A DNA stretch of 64,000 nucleotides from Vampirovibrionales bacterium (GTDB lineage: Bacteria; Cyanobacteriota; Vampirovibrionia; Vampirovibrionales; JAGQHJ01). Positions 40,435 through 50,596 of the stretch are shown piece after piece; position 1 is the first letter of the stretch; the number at the start of each line of letters is the position of its first letter. The notes under the pieces were generated by a model. It had not been told where the DNA came from. It saw only the letters and a program-made list of their open reading frames with translations, and did not search any database. The position numbers were made by a program, and so were the translations under genes. The stretch spans positions 183 to 64,182 of the forward strand of contig JANWIO010000052.1 of the NCBI GenBank assembly GCA_025449835.1. Reading direction: 5' to 3'.

Positions 40435-41399
40435 GCATACAACCCCAACTCGTTGGATACAGCAGTAATACCCTCAGAGAAGCCTTTGGTGAAGCCTTGG
40501 CAGGCTTAATGGCAGAATTTCCCAATGTGGTTGTCCTCGACGGTGATGTTGCAGGTGGAACTGGAACCCATCATGTTCGAACAAAGTATCCACACCGGTT
40601 TTACCAAATCGGTATCGCAGAACAAAACATGATGTGTATTGCCGCAGGGATGTCGCAATCCGGCTTACTTCCGGTTGCTTCAACATTTGCCGTATTTAGC
40701 TTAAGAGGCTTGGAAATGATTCGGCTTTCCATTGCCTGTGATAATCGCAACGTGAAGATTGTTTGTAGTCATCCTGGCCTGGACACCGGGCCTGATGGTG
40801 CATCTGCTCAATGCTTGGAGGATTTAGGAACCTTTATAGCGCTGCCCAATATGACGGTGGTGTCACCGACTGATCATATTGAAACGGCCCTGGCCACCCG
40901 AGCCATTATAGAACATGTGGGGCCTGTTTATATGCGAACCGGCCGAAGCCCAGCGCCTCGAATATTTGATAACACCCACAGATTTGAACTTGGCAAAGGA
41001 CAAATTATTCGGCAAGGAGACAATTTAACCATGGTGGGCTGTGGTGTTCAGGTTGCACGATGTCTGGCTGCTGCGGAATTACTCTCCAATGATGGGATTT
41101 CCGCCCGGGTTGTCAACATGGCAACATTAAAGCCCATTGATAAAGACTTACTCATTCAATGCGCTGTGGACACGGGGGCTATTCTTACTTCAGAAGATCA
41201 CAATCGCCTAAACGGGTTGGGTGCTCAGGTTGCTCGTGTCCTTTCAGAACATTACCCAGTCCCGATATTCTGCCATGGTGTGAACGATACTTTTGGAGAA
41301 TCAGGCGAACCACAAGAATTGGCTGAAAAATATCAGCTTAACCCATCGTATATCGCCGAACATGCAAGGCAATTATTGCAGCGTAAAGCAGGCCGTTAA
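40431..41399 (+). CDS. transketolase, C-terminal (pyrimidine-binding) subunit
   Basis: 322 aa; FYQIGIAEQNMMCIAAGMS...; 4-nt overlap with the N-subunit gene. Confidence 0.85.
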   Translation: MSIQPQLVGYSSNTLREAFGEALAGLMAEFPNVVVLDGDVAGGTGTHHVRTKYPHRFYQIGIAEQNMMCIAAGMSQSGLLPVASTFAVFSLRGLEMIRLSIACDNRNVKIVCSHPGLDTGPDGASAQCLEDLGTFIALPNMTVVSPTDHIETALATRAIIEHVGPVYMRTGRSPAPRIFDNTHRFELGKGQIIRQGDNLTMVGCGVQVARCLAAAELLSNDGISARVVNMATLKPIDKDLLIQCAVDTGAILTSEDHNRLNGLGAQVARVLSEHYPVPIFCHGVNDTFGESGEPQELAEKYQLNPSYIAEHARQLLQRKAGR

Positions 41400-41429
41400 A
41401 GATTCGTTCAAAAGCGCTCACATCGTTTT

Positions 41430-43451
41430 TTAGCAATTTTGCAATTGAACCTTTAATTTTTTATCTTTTGTAGTTTGCGTTGGCTCTTCTTTTTTATGGG
41501 CTGGAAAATCTTTAAACACTGGGTCTAATGTATTAATAAGCCCTTTGGCACCTTTTTGAACGGCTTTGTATAATAGCTTGGTCCCTTCAAGATTCTCTTT
41601 TAATGCCTCAATATCACCTTCTAGAGATTCTGTATCTTCTAAAATCATTTTGCGACCATAATCTTTTGTAAACTTAAACATATCTCTGCGAATATAGCAG
41701 TTAATTAAAGCATTTTTTGCTGTAAGTGCCACGAGTTCCTGATCCAATTCTGACATTTTTTGTAAGCGCTCGCCAAGAGGTATGCTGAAAGCCTCGTCTT
41801 TCTTCAATTCTTTGAGCGCTTTTTTAACTTCTTTCAAGCCTTTCTCTGCAAGCACAAGGAGGGTATCTAAATCTTGACGATCTTGATTATATTGATCATA
41901 AACTTTTTGGTAAGTTTCAGAATAAGGCTTCTCAACCACGTAACGTTCATTTAGCAAAGCTTCCAACGCCGCCTTTGGATGAGATTCAGAAACAGCATAT
42001 TTTTCAACCGCTTCTGAGAAGGGAAGGTGTTCATACCCCTCAATATATGCCCCACCCTCAGAGCAATTCACCAAGTTAAACTCAGAGCGATTGCGTTTAA
42101 TCGTCTCAAACGCTTTTCGGAAAGCATCGTACGCAATATCCGTTTCCAGTTTTTCACCATGCCATCCCTTGATTTCAGTTAATCGACCCCAAAACTGCTT
42201 TTTCTTCCGTTCAAGCTCTTCATCATCTTTAAAAAAGACACCATAAAATTCGTCGAGATTTTCCCATTCCAATTGCTTATCACCGTTCTCATCCGTATAA
42301 AAGCGTTTTCCTGCATATACAGAATTTTGGGCGTACATTTTGCCTTCCGGATAGGCCAAATCTTGACCCAATAGAAATATGGGATTACATCCCATTTTCA
42401 TTAAATGGATCAAGGCTGTTATTGAAACCGTTCCATGATGGTTGTAACCAAAAAGGGACTTATCCCAAGCCGCAGATAACCAATGGGTAAGAGGATCTTG
42501 GCTCGCATACGAAATTAATATACGTTTTGCGGGATACTCAAAAACATCTTGATATGTTTGGGGAAGAACGACGAAATTCGTATCGGGAATAAAAGAAACA
42601 TTTTCGAGTTGATGCGTAATATTTTGAACTTCGATGAGATTCACAAAATCAGGCGTAATCTGAGCCTTATCTAAAGCTTTTGCGGCTTGCCCCACACAAG
42701 CAATAACCATGTTGTCTTGATATTTTTTAAGTGTCTCAAGGACACCGGGTCTATCCAAAGAAGGTCCCGCCGAAACCACAACACCTGGAACATTTTTACA
42801 ATGATCATGCAAAAACATCGCATCCGGATATTGGATAAAAACCGGCAAGTTCTCTAAAGAGCTTCGAGTAAAGGATTCCATCATGACTAACGCTGTGTTT
42901 TGAGAAATAATATTGGAATGAAGACCCGATTTAATCTCATCTAACACATTAAGGTACATTTCGGCTTCTTTTTCTTCATACGCAGGCAGCGCTGTTATGC
43001 GTAGGTTATCACCCATTAAATATTGTTGAGACAGAATTAAGGGAATTTGCTCTAAAGACGTCACAATGGAAATTCGTTTGGAGGCAAATTCTTGTGAAAA
43101 ATCAATCACCTCTAAGGTTTGCCGAATCACCTCTAAGTAAGGCTCATAAATAATCATTTGAACTTCAGAACTAACGTAGGCCCGGCGAAGCAAATACCCC
43201 ACTCCCAAGCCAAATATAAATATAATACTGTCCTGATCTCTGGAATCCTCGGGCATAGTTGCATCAAAAACTTCTTTGGCTTCTCCAATGGGATCCGCCA
43301 TACGGTGAAGCGCAATTTCCTCATAAGCCAAGTTAATATCCCCGTTTGGCCCCACAAATAATTGCGTCTTGCCCGAAAGTGTTATTTCTTCAACTTGCTT
43401 TGCAAGTGCTGGTTGAAGTTTTCTTAATGCCGCTAGATTCTTCTCTAACAT
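41430..43451 (-). CDS. Maf-like (motility accessory factor) / DUF115 MptE-like family protein
   Basis: 673 aa; N-terminus MLEKNLAALRKLQPALAKQ...GDINLAY..IALHRMADPIGEAKEVF reproduces the characteristic Maf/DUF115 N-terminal pattern; central alpha/beta region. Confidence 0.55.
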   Translation of the reverse strand: MLEKNLAALRKLQPALAKQVEEITLSGKTQLFVGPNGDINLAYEEIALHRMADPIGEAKEVFDATMPEDSRDQDSIIFIFGLGVGYLLRRAYVSSEVQMIIYEPYLEVIRQTLEVIDFSQEFASKRISIVTSLEQIPLILSQQYLMGDNLRITALPAYEEKEAEMYLNVLDEIKSGLHSNIISQNTALVMMESFTRSSLENLPVFIQYPDAMFLHDHCKNVPGVVVSAGPSLDRPGVLETLKKYQDNMVIACVGQAAKALDKAQITPDFVNLIEVQNITHQLENVSFIPDTNFVVLPQTYQDVFEYPAKRILISYASQDPLTHWLSAAWDKSLFGYNHHGTVSITALIHLMKMGCNPIFLLGQDLAYPEGKMYAQNSVYAGKRFYTDENGDKQLEWENLDEFYGVFFKDDEELERKKKQFWGRLTEIKGWHGEKLETDIAYDAFRKAFETIKRNRSEFNLVNCSEGGAYIEGYEHLPFSEAVEKYAVSESHPKAALEALLNERYVVEKPYSETYQKVYDQYNQDRQDLDTLLVLAEKGLKEVKKALKELKKDEAFSIPLGERLQKMSELDQELVALTAKNALINCYIRRDMFKFTKDYGRKMILEDTESLEGDIEALKENLEGTKLLYKAVQKGAKGLINTLDPVFKDFPAHKKEEPTQTTKDKKLKVQLQNC

Positions 43452-43611
43452 GAACGCTCAATTCCTCTCTCATCCATTGGAATATTAAACCATCGAAGAT
43501 CCCTCCCTAATTCAGGTTAAGGCTTTATGGATCAAATTGCCTCATCCACTAAATGGAGATTATAGGCTGTAAATCGTCTCTGGTGTTTTAGCCCCAAATC
43601 AATGCATATTC

Positions 43612-44850
43612 TCAAACCAGTGTTTTATCGGGTTGCACATTAATTTTCACACAGGCCAATGCATCTTGGACTCTAATTAAAGCTTCTTCCCGATTTTCAC
43701 CCCCCACCATCACATATCCAAACCTATCGGGATGAGACCGGATTTGAGGCTGTTGCTCTCCTTTTTGTCGAAAAAACCCATATCGAACCAAGCCAGGGGT
43801 TTGTTTTAAGGCATCCTCCCCACTAACAGATTCTACAATTCCAGGCTCAGGAAACCAGTACCGACTTGAAGCAGCACGATGGAATAAAGGCGTTAAGCTT
43901 TCGGGTAAAATTTTCTCTCCTAAGGCTGATGAAATGACCACATTCACCAAATCAACACCGGTTGCTGTGGGAATAAGGTGTGTTGCCAACCACCCACCCG
44001 ACAAACGGGCAGCAAGCTCAATAATCATGGGTTTTCCATCAGGATTAATCACTAAATCGCCTTTAATAATGCCGCTTTGAATCCCCATAGCAGCAGCGCC
44101 TTTCAGAAGCAATGTATCGATTTCCTGGCATTGATCACCCGAAATGGGAGCTGGAATCGTACCACCATCTTCAATCACGTAGGGTGCAAATTGTTTGAGC
44201 CTATCGTAATGACGTTCGGCAATACCTGGCGTGTAACAGCGACTATCTAAAATATAGGATTCCGTGGAGAGTTGAAGCCCCGGAATAAATTCCTCAATCA
44301 TGACAATTCCCGAATCACCCCAACGCTGCGACTCTTGAAATGCCCACGCTAAATCCACTTCTGGAGACAGCAGAAGAACCCCTCTGGCCCCGCGCCCATC
44401 GATGGGCTTTAACACAAAGCGCTTATGGGGAGATTGGTTCACGATCTCCATCAGTTGGGCTTCGTTTTTGACTTCCTGAAACCAAGGACAAGCAACCCCA
44501 TGAGATACAAAACTGGTTTTCATCAACAGCTTATTGCTGGCTAACCGGGCTGATTCGAGTGAAATTCCCGGTAATCCCAAAGCATTTGCAACAGACGCCA
44601 CCGTAAAAGGGACATCATTGGCAATGGTCATCACCCCATGAATTGGGTGTTGCTGATGATATTTTGCCACCACTGCAACGGTTTCGTCTGCATTTCGGGT
44701 CGAAGCAATGAGAATATCATCGGCATACTCAAAAGCAGGTGCTTGTGGATTCATATCAGACCCCACCACATGCAATCCCCTAGCTTTCGCTTTTTGATAA
44801 GCTGGAATTTGCTCTATTCCAGCCCCAATAATCAATAACGTCTTAGTCAA
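43612..44850 (-). CDS. ATP-grasp domain protein
   Basis: 412 aa; FVLKPIDGRGARGVLLL, IVMIEEFIPG, IIELAARLSGGW are ATP-grasp hallmarks. Confidence 0.7.
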   Translation of the reverse strand: MTKTLLIIGAGIEQIPAYQKAKARGLHVVGSDMNPQAPAFEYADDILIASTRNADETVAVVAKYHQQHPIHGVMTIANDVPFTVASVANALGLPGISLESARLASNKLLMKTSFVSHGVACPWFQEVKNEAQLMEIVNQSPHKRFVLKPIDGRGARGVLLLSPEVDLAWAFQESQRWGDSGIVMIEEFIPGLQLSTESYILDSRCYTPGIAERHYDRLKQFAPYVIEDGGTIPAPISGDQCQEIDTLLLKGAAAMGIQSGIIKGDLVINPDGKPMIIELAARLSGGWLATHLIPTATGVDLVNVVISSALGEKILPESLTPLFHRAASSRYWFPEPGIVESVSGEDALKQTPGLVRYGFFRQKGEQQPQIRSHPDRFGYVMVGGENREEALIRVQDALACVKINVQPDKTLV

Positions 44851-45583
44851 AATACATCCCCCCGTTCAAATTAAGGGTTTGTCCTGTGACATAAGCCGCT
44901 TCAGGAGAAGCCAGGTAAAGAACCCCTGCACCAACTTCGGTGGGGTACCCGAGACGCCCCATCGGAATAGTTTTCACTTTTTCTTGCCCAGCCGAACTGG
45001 CCAATTCAGCAGTAACCATATCGGTTTCCACCAGCCCTGGCGAAATAGCGTTAGTTGTAACACCTTGACTGGAGTAGAGCTTGGCCATAGACCGGGTTAA
45101 ATTAATTAATGCGGCTTTAGACGCTGCATAATGAACCTGATTCATCCCGCCCCATTGCCCTCCAATGGAACTCATATTAATAATTCTGCCAAACCCATCC
45201 TGAATCATTTCTGGCAGGGCTTCTCGAATACAACGAACAGCTCCTAACAAATTCACCGAGAGCATTTTTTCCCAGTCAGCATCTGTAATTTCAAGAAAGG
45301 GCTTTTCCTGAGCCATAGCGGCATTATTCACCAGGATAGAAACCGGCCCCCAATGATTTTTAATGGTTTCAAAAGCGGCTTGCACGGAACGACTATCGGA
45401 AATATCCACTTGAACCGTCATGGCATTTTCATGGCCTTCGGCGATTTTTTGAGCCCGTTCTTCTTCGACTCGATATCCAATCGCTACAAAATACCCTGCC
45501 TGAAGCAGTACCTGGCAAATCCCAACGCCTATTCCCCGGCTTCCCCCGGTGACAAAAGCAACGCGTCTCTTTTGTTCCATCAT
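44843..45583 (-). CDS. SDR-family oxidoreductase (FabG-like)
   Basis: VAFVTGGSRGIGVGI (TGxxxGxG), NNAA, YAASKAAL (YxxxK). Confidence 0.85.
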   Translation of the reverse strand: MMEQKRRVAFVTGGSRGIGVGICQVLLQAGYFVAIGYRVEEERAQKIAEGHENAMTVQVDISDSRSVQAAFETIKNHWGPVSILVNNAAMAQEKPFLEITDADWEKMLSVNLLGAVRCIREALPEMIQDGFGRIINMSSIGGQWGGMNQVHYAASKAALINLTRSMAKLYSSQGVTTNAISPGLVETDMVTAELASSAGQEKVKTIPMGRLGYPTEVGAGVLYLASPEAAYVTGQTLNLNGGMYFD

Positions 45584-45682
45584 AAGCCCATCATAACTTA
45601 ATACTTGTGGTTAGTAGCATAATGGATGAACCCAAAAGGGACAACCTGAAAATAAAGGATTTTACAGGAGAATAAATGAGGA

Positions 45683-45892
45683 TTATGACCTACCAGAGGT
45701 GGCGTAATAGCTGCCTTCAATCCACAGTTTACCGTCTTCCAGCTCGGTTTTTACAATTGCCCACTGCAAAACACGGGCATTTTGGGGTAAAAACTGCTGA
45801 ATTTGAGACGTAACAGTTTCCAAAGATGGTGGCATGGTCTCTGTTGTGATGTTACAGTGAAATGTCCTAATCGCAGAATCTTCTAAAGACAT
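45683..45892 (-). CDS. small hypothetical protein (69 aa) in the glmS-SDR-ATP-grasp-Maf operon
   Basis: Tightly packed (3-nt gap to glmS); no domain recognised. Confidence 0.4.
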   Translation of the reverse strand: MSLEDSAIRTFHCNITTETMPPSLETVTSQIQQFLPQNARVLQWAIVKTELEDGKLWIEGSYYATSGRS

Positions 45893-45894
45893 GT

Positions 45895-47745
45895 TTATTC
45901 AACCGTGACACTTTTGGCCAAGTTTCTGGGCTGATCAACATCTTTGCCAAGGTATTCTGCAATGTGATAGGCCAACAACTGCAGCGGGATCACGGTTAAA
46001 ATGGGTGACAACATTTCTTCCAGCTGTGGAATAAACACAGCATCCTCAAATGTATCCCGTACATCCTCAGGCATGGGGCCACTATTGACTGCAATGACTT
46101 GGGCATCCCGAGCCTTGGCTTCCTGGCAGTTGGAAATCATTTTATCGTAGACAATCCCATCGGTTAAAATGGCAATAACCGGAATAGAAGGATCCAACAT
46201 GGCAATGGGGCCGTGTTTGAGTTCACTGGCCGAATACCCTTCCGCATGGATATAACTGATTTCTTTTAATTTTAGAGCCCCTTCTAGGGCAACAGGATAG
46301 TTAATGCCACGGGCAATAAAGATCAAATCACGGACGTTCCCGTATTTTTTGGCCAAAGTTTGAATTTCTTCGGAGGTGTGCAGAACGTTTTCCACAAGAA
46401 CCGGTAGGCGTTGCAATCCTACTTTTAAGGATTTCAGAAGCTCCGGTGAAGATTGTTGGCGACGTTCGGCCAAATAAATTCCCAAAAGATACAACACCGT
46501 TACCTGGGCTGCAAAACTTTTGGTTGCGCAAACACTCACTTCAATTCCAGCCCGAACGGGAAGTACAAAATGAGATTCTCTGGCAATGGTTGAATCTTCT
46601 CGGTTGGTAATGGCCAACACTTTGGCACCTTTGTTCACGCATTGCCGAAGGGCCGTAATGGTATCCGCGGTTTCACCCGACTGCGAGATCCCAATAACCA
46701 GGGTTTTTTCATCCACCAGCGGATTTCGATACCGAAACTCCCCAGCAGCTTCCACTTCTACAGGAATTCGGACCAACTCTTCAATAAAATATCGTCCGAC
46801 CAAGCCAGCATTATAAGATGTGCCGCAAGCTACCACATAAACCCGTTCAATTTCGTTTATTTTGGCGTCAGCCGCCTCATCAAAGAGCTGAATGGGTTCT
46901 TCAGGACTCAAAAGGCGCATGCTTAAGGAATTTCTCAGCACATCGGGCTGCTCATAAATTTCCTTCAGCATAAAGTGTTTAAATCCTTTTTTATCAACCG
47001 CCAAGTTACCGGTGCTAATCTTCTCAACAAGGGGTTCAACCGGTTGACCATTAAAATTAATAACTTTAACGCCTTCGGGTGACAACTCAACGATTTCTTC
47101 ATTTTGTAGATAGGAAACCTGGTTGGTATGCTCTACCAAAGCAACCACATCGCTTCCTAAAAACAGCTCATCATCACCAATTCCCACAACAAGAGGTGCA
47201 TGATTACGAACACCATAGAGTTTATCAGGATGTCGTTTATCAATAATCACCAAGGCATAGGCTCCCACGAGACGTCGGGTGACTTGCTGTAGAACTTTTA
47301 AGAAATCCGTTTCGGTTTTGGCCAAGTCTTCAATTAAGTGCACGACACATTCCGTATCGGTCTTCGAATGAAAAATATGGCCTTTGCGAGTAAGCTCTTC
47401 TCGAAGCTCCCCAAAGTTTTCAACAATTCCATTATGTATTAATGCGATATTGCCATCACAGCTTACATGCGGATGGGGGGTCTCATCATTGGGTGCGCCA
47501 TGGGTTGCCCACCGAGTGTGGCCAATCCCCAAATGGCGGCTATGGCCATTTTTTTGAAACAACTCCACAGGAAGTCGACTTCGTAAATTATTGAGCTTCC
47601 CGGAAGCTTTATAAACATTGAGACAATCTTGTTCTAAAAAGGCAACGCCTGCAGAGTCATAACCTCGATATTCTAATGTTTGAAGACTTTCTAAAATAAC
47701 AGGAACAACGGATTTTTTGCCGAGATAGCCCACAATACCGCACAT
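45895..47745 (-). CDS. glmS: glutamine--fructose-6-phosphate aminotransferase (isomerising)
   Basis: N-terminal MCGIVGY (Ntn Cys); two SIS domains; 616 aa. Confidence 0.9.
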   Translation of the reverse strand: MCGIVGYLGKKSVVPVILESLQTLEYRGYDSAGVAFLEQDCLNVYKASGKLNNLRSRLPVELFQKNGHSRHLGIGHTRWATHGAPNDETPHPHVSCDGNIALIHNGIVENFGELREELTRKGHIFHSKTDTECVVHLIEDLAKTETDFLKVLQQVTRRLVGAYALVIIDKRHPDKLYGVRNHAPLVVGIGDDELFLGSDVVALVEHTNQVSYLQNEEIVELSPEGVKVINFNGQPVEPLVEKISTGNLAVDKKGFKHFMLKEIYEQPDVLRNSLSMRLLSPEEPIQLFDEAADAKINEIERVYVVACGTSYNAGLVGRYFIEELVRIPVEVEAAGEFRYRNPLVDEKTLVIGISQSGETADTITALRQCVNKGAKVLAITNREDSTIARESHFVLPVRAGIEVSVCATKSFAAQVTVLYLLGIYLAERRQQSSPELLKSLKVGLQRLPVLVENVLHTSEEIQTLAKKYGNVRDLIFIARGINYPVALEGALKLKEISYIHAEGYSASELKHGPIAMLDPSIPVIAILTDGIVYDKMISNCQEAKARDAQVIAVNSGPMPEDVRDTFEDAVFIPQLEEMLSPILTVIPLQLLAYHIAEYLGKDVDQPRNLAKSVTVE

Positions 47746-47898
47746 AACACACCTTTATTTTCTTTATAGCTGAGGGAACGGTTATATACTATTATCGTGA
47801 AAGTGACTATCCTTTGCAATCCCAAACTTACTAAAGTATTTGTTAAGACAAAATGGGGCAATTCGCCAATTTGGTAATCCTTTAATAGTGTAACTTTT

Positions 47899-49284
47899 TT
47901 AAGTATAAGCAAAGGTTGCATCAATGCGGATTTGGCTCAAAAGCTGCGTCAATTGGATAATTTCTATCTCTTCAAGATGATTAACCACATCGAGCAAGCG
48001 ATCTTGCAGGTTCAGTGGGATATACTGACGGGTTAATTTTTTAAATTTCTGAACAACGGCCTCTTGCGACATCGGATTTTTGTAAAACCCTTCATAATCC
48101 ATCTTCTGCAAGAATAAAGATTTCCCGTCCTGCAACTGAATATTTAAACTACACGGCATCGTCTCCGGAAATTGGGCACTCATTTTTTCCGAGGGGCGAA
48201 TCGTCACCTTTTGCAGCAACTCCTGAACATCGGGGCGTAAAATACGACTGATCATAAATTGCTCCGGCATCACTTCACCATCGAGTAACGCCACTGCAAT
48301 TAAATACGGTAAGCTGTGATCCGCTTCTTCTTTGGTCTGAACGTTATTTTTAGCCCCTTCTTCACCGCCGCCAATGATGTTATATGCCACATCAAAGATA
48401 TCCACCTCAATGCTCACAATATCATGGGGTTGAATCTCATACTGTTCCCTCAGTTCGAGGATTCCTTCCAAGGCTGATTGAGAATGAATTTCGGCATTAT
48501 ATTTTTTCAGGCTGGTTTGAGGTATCTTATCGAGCTTTTCATGGGCCCAATCAATTTCAAACGGCTTAGCAATACTTTCCATAAAGCCTTTACTGCCTTC
48601 AAAAACTTCCAGTGGCCCTGTAATACCGTAACTTGCCAAAAGCGTTGCATGGGTTGCACCAAAAGCTGTATTGGGATAAGCCAGTCCCTTCCAGTTAGAC
48701 AAAGCCCCTGTCCGCGTCACACGTAATGCATTATACGCCGTACCACTAATGGCAAGGGCATTTGCTATTTGCTCCGGCCTTAAACCCAATGCTTTTGAAA
48801 CACCCGCAGCAACTGCATAGGAACCTTGAGTCGTATGGTCAAATCCTTTATCTCTCACCGGGGCTTCATCACTTAACCGACACTGTACCTGATAGGCAAC
48901 CGCCAGGGCTACACAAAAATCGCGCCCACTTCGATTTGCAAACTCTGAAGCCGCTAGAACAGCACCAATGTTATCACTGGGATGGCAGGTTTCCTGTTTG
49001 GCTAGATAACTATCATTAAAATCTAAATACCGAACAAGGGCGCTATTGTAAAAAGCAGCCCTATCAATGGCAGCTTTTCCATTTCCCATTAAAGTACAGG
49101 CGTCAGAATGTCCCAAATTATCAATCATTTTATGAACAATCCGCATGGGAGGAGCGCTTAAAGCGCCAATGGCACACCCTAAGGCGTCAATAACCCGTAA
49201 TTTTATCTGTTCAACAACCTCGGGCGATAAATCTTCAAAAGAGGCCCTGTCTACAAAATCAGCAAGCTGCTCTACAATCTTCAT
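47899..49284 (-). CDS. MmgE/PrpD-family protein (2-methylcitrate dehydratase-like)
   Basis: 462 aa from the ATG at 49284 (RBS GAGGTG); PrpD-family conserved blocks (YLDFNDSY, HPSDNIGA); the track ORF extends further upstream but lacks an RBS there. Confidence 0.75.
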   Translation of the reverse strand: MKIVEQLADFVDRASFEDLSPEVVEQIKLRVIDALGCAIGALSAPPMRIVHKMIDNLGHSDACTLMGNGKAAIDRAAFYNSALVRYLDFNDSYLAKQETCHPSDNIGAVLAASEFANRSGRDFCVALAVAYQVQCRLSDEAPVRDKGFDHTTQGSYAVAAGVSKALGLRPEQIANALAISGTAYNALRVTRTGALSNWKGLAYPNTAFGATHATLLASYGITGPLEVFEGSKGFMESIAKPFEIDWAHEKLDKIPQTSLKKYNAEIHSQSALEGILELREQYEIQPHDIVSIEVDIFDVAYNIIGGGEEGAKNNVQTKEEADHSLPYLIAVALLDGEVMPEQFMISRILRPDVQELLQKVTIRPSEKMSAQFPETMPCSLNIQLQDGKSLFLQKMDYEGFYKNPMSQEAVVQKFKKLTRQYIPLNLQDRLLDVVNHLEEIEIIQLTQLLSQIRIDATFAYT

Positions 49285-49514
49285 CCGGAAACACCTCATT
49301 GAGACAGTGATAGATCTTCTATTATGACCCTTGCATCGAGAGAAAAAGCTATTACCGGCCCGGATACTTTTTGTTCCGATGGCTTCACCACCCACTCTCC
49401 CGTTTTTACAACCTTGTTGCCTTAGCAACATGTGAAGCCCCATGATTCATGGTTTCTTTGTGCTACAATTCCAACAGATTTCGCCTCGAATCGCCAATCG
49501 AAGGATGTGTCCCC

Positions 49515-50585
49515 ATGTCTCATTCCAATTCTTCCCCCCGGCTTGTTCAAGCTTGTCATAAAATCCCCTTGGATCGTCCTCCTATCTGGATGATGCGCCA
49601 AGCTGGACGCTATTTACCAGAATACCAAGCTATTCGAGACAAAGTAGCCTTTCTTGGTCTCTGTAAAAATCCGGAGCTCGCCGCAGAAGTCTCCCTTCAA
49701 CCCTTACGTCGGTTTGGCATGGATGGGGTAATTATGTTCTCTGATATTTTAATCCCCGTTGAAGCCATGGGCGTACCCCTTGAATTTACAGAAAAAGGCC
49801 CCCATTTGCCCCAAACAATCCAGAGCCAACACGATATTGAAAGATTGATTATCCCCGATCCGATTGAAAAAACAGGATTTGTGATGGAGACCCTAAGGCT
49901 TCTACAGCATGAACTCTCCACCTCACCGGAGGTTGCCTTGATTGGTTTTGCCGGCGCGCCCTGGACACTCGCCTCTTACATGCTGGAAGGGGGTGTCTCT
50001 CGTAACTTCACAGAAACAAAAGCCTTTTTATATAACGAACCTGCTTTAATGCACCAACTTTTGGAAAAAATTGCACAAACTGTGACGATCTATCTCCAAG
50101 CCCAAATGGAAGCCGGTGCCCAGGTGGTTCAACTATTCGACAGTTGGGCTGGAACCGTTAGTGAAGAAACTTACCAGGAATTTATTTTGCCCTATCAACA
50201 ACAGGTTATTTCTGGCTTAAAATCAACAACAGAGGTGCCTGTCATTCTGTATGTCAATGGTTCTAGAGGCTTATTACCCCTTCTGAAACAGTCTGGTGCA
50301 GATGTTATCAGTGTTGATTGGCAAACCTCCTTATCTCAAGCTCGGCAGATTTTAGGCTCTGACGTTGCGCTTCAAGGAAATCTAGATCCCAATGCCTTAT
50401 TTACACGCCCTGATGTTTTAAAACCCATAGTGGAAGCCATGCTGGTAGAAGGGGGCTCGCAAGGGTATATTTTCAACTTAGGACATGGGGTTTTACCCAA
50501 AACCCCCATTGAAAACGTTAAGCTTGTGGTGGATACCGTTCTGAATTCTGCCAAAGCTCAACGTCCCCTCACCCCACTTACCTAA
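49515..50585 (+). CDS. hemE: uroporphyrinogen decarboxylase
   Basis: PPIWMMRQAGRYLPEYQAIR is the URO-D signature; ATG at 49515 preceded by AAGGA. Confidence 0.9.
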   Translation: MSHSNSSPRLVQACHKIPLDRPPIWMMRQAGRYLPEYQAIRDKVAFLGLCKNPELAAEVSLQPLRRFGMDGVIMFSDILIPVEAMGVPLEFTEKGPHLPQTIQSQHDIERLIIPDPIEKTGFVMETLRLLQHELSTSPEVALIGFAGAPWTLASYMLEGGVSRNFTETKAFLYNEPALMHQLLEKIAQTVTIYLQAQMEAGAQVVQLFDSWAGTVSEETYQEFILPYQQQVISGLKSTTEVPVILYVNGSRGLLPLLKQSGADVISVDWQTSLSQARQILGSDVALQGNLDPNALFTRPDVLKPIVEAMLVEGGSQGYIFNLGHGVLPKTPIENVKLVVDTVLNSAKAQRPLTPLT

Positions 50586-50596
50586 AGGTTATTCTG

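Noticed and set aside
47899-49443. Extended 514-aa version of the PrpD-like ORF
   Set aside because: The upstream 53 codons are Arg/Cys-rich with no RBS. The internal ATG at 49284 has GAGGTG at optimal spacing and marks the start of family-conserved sequence.
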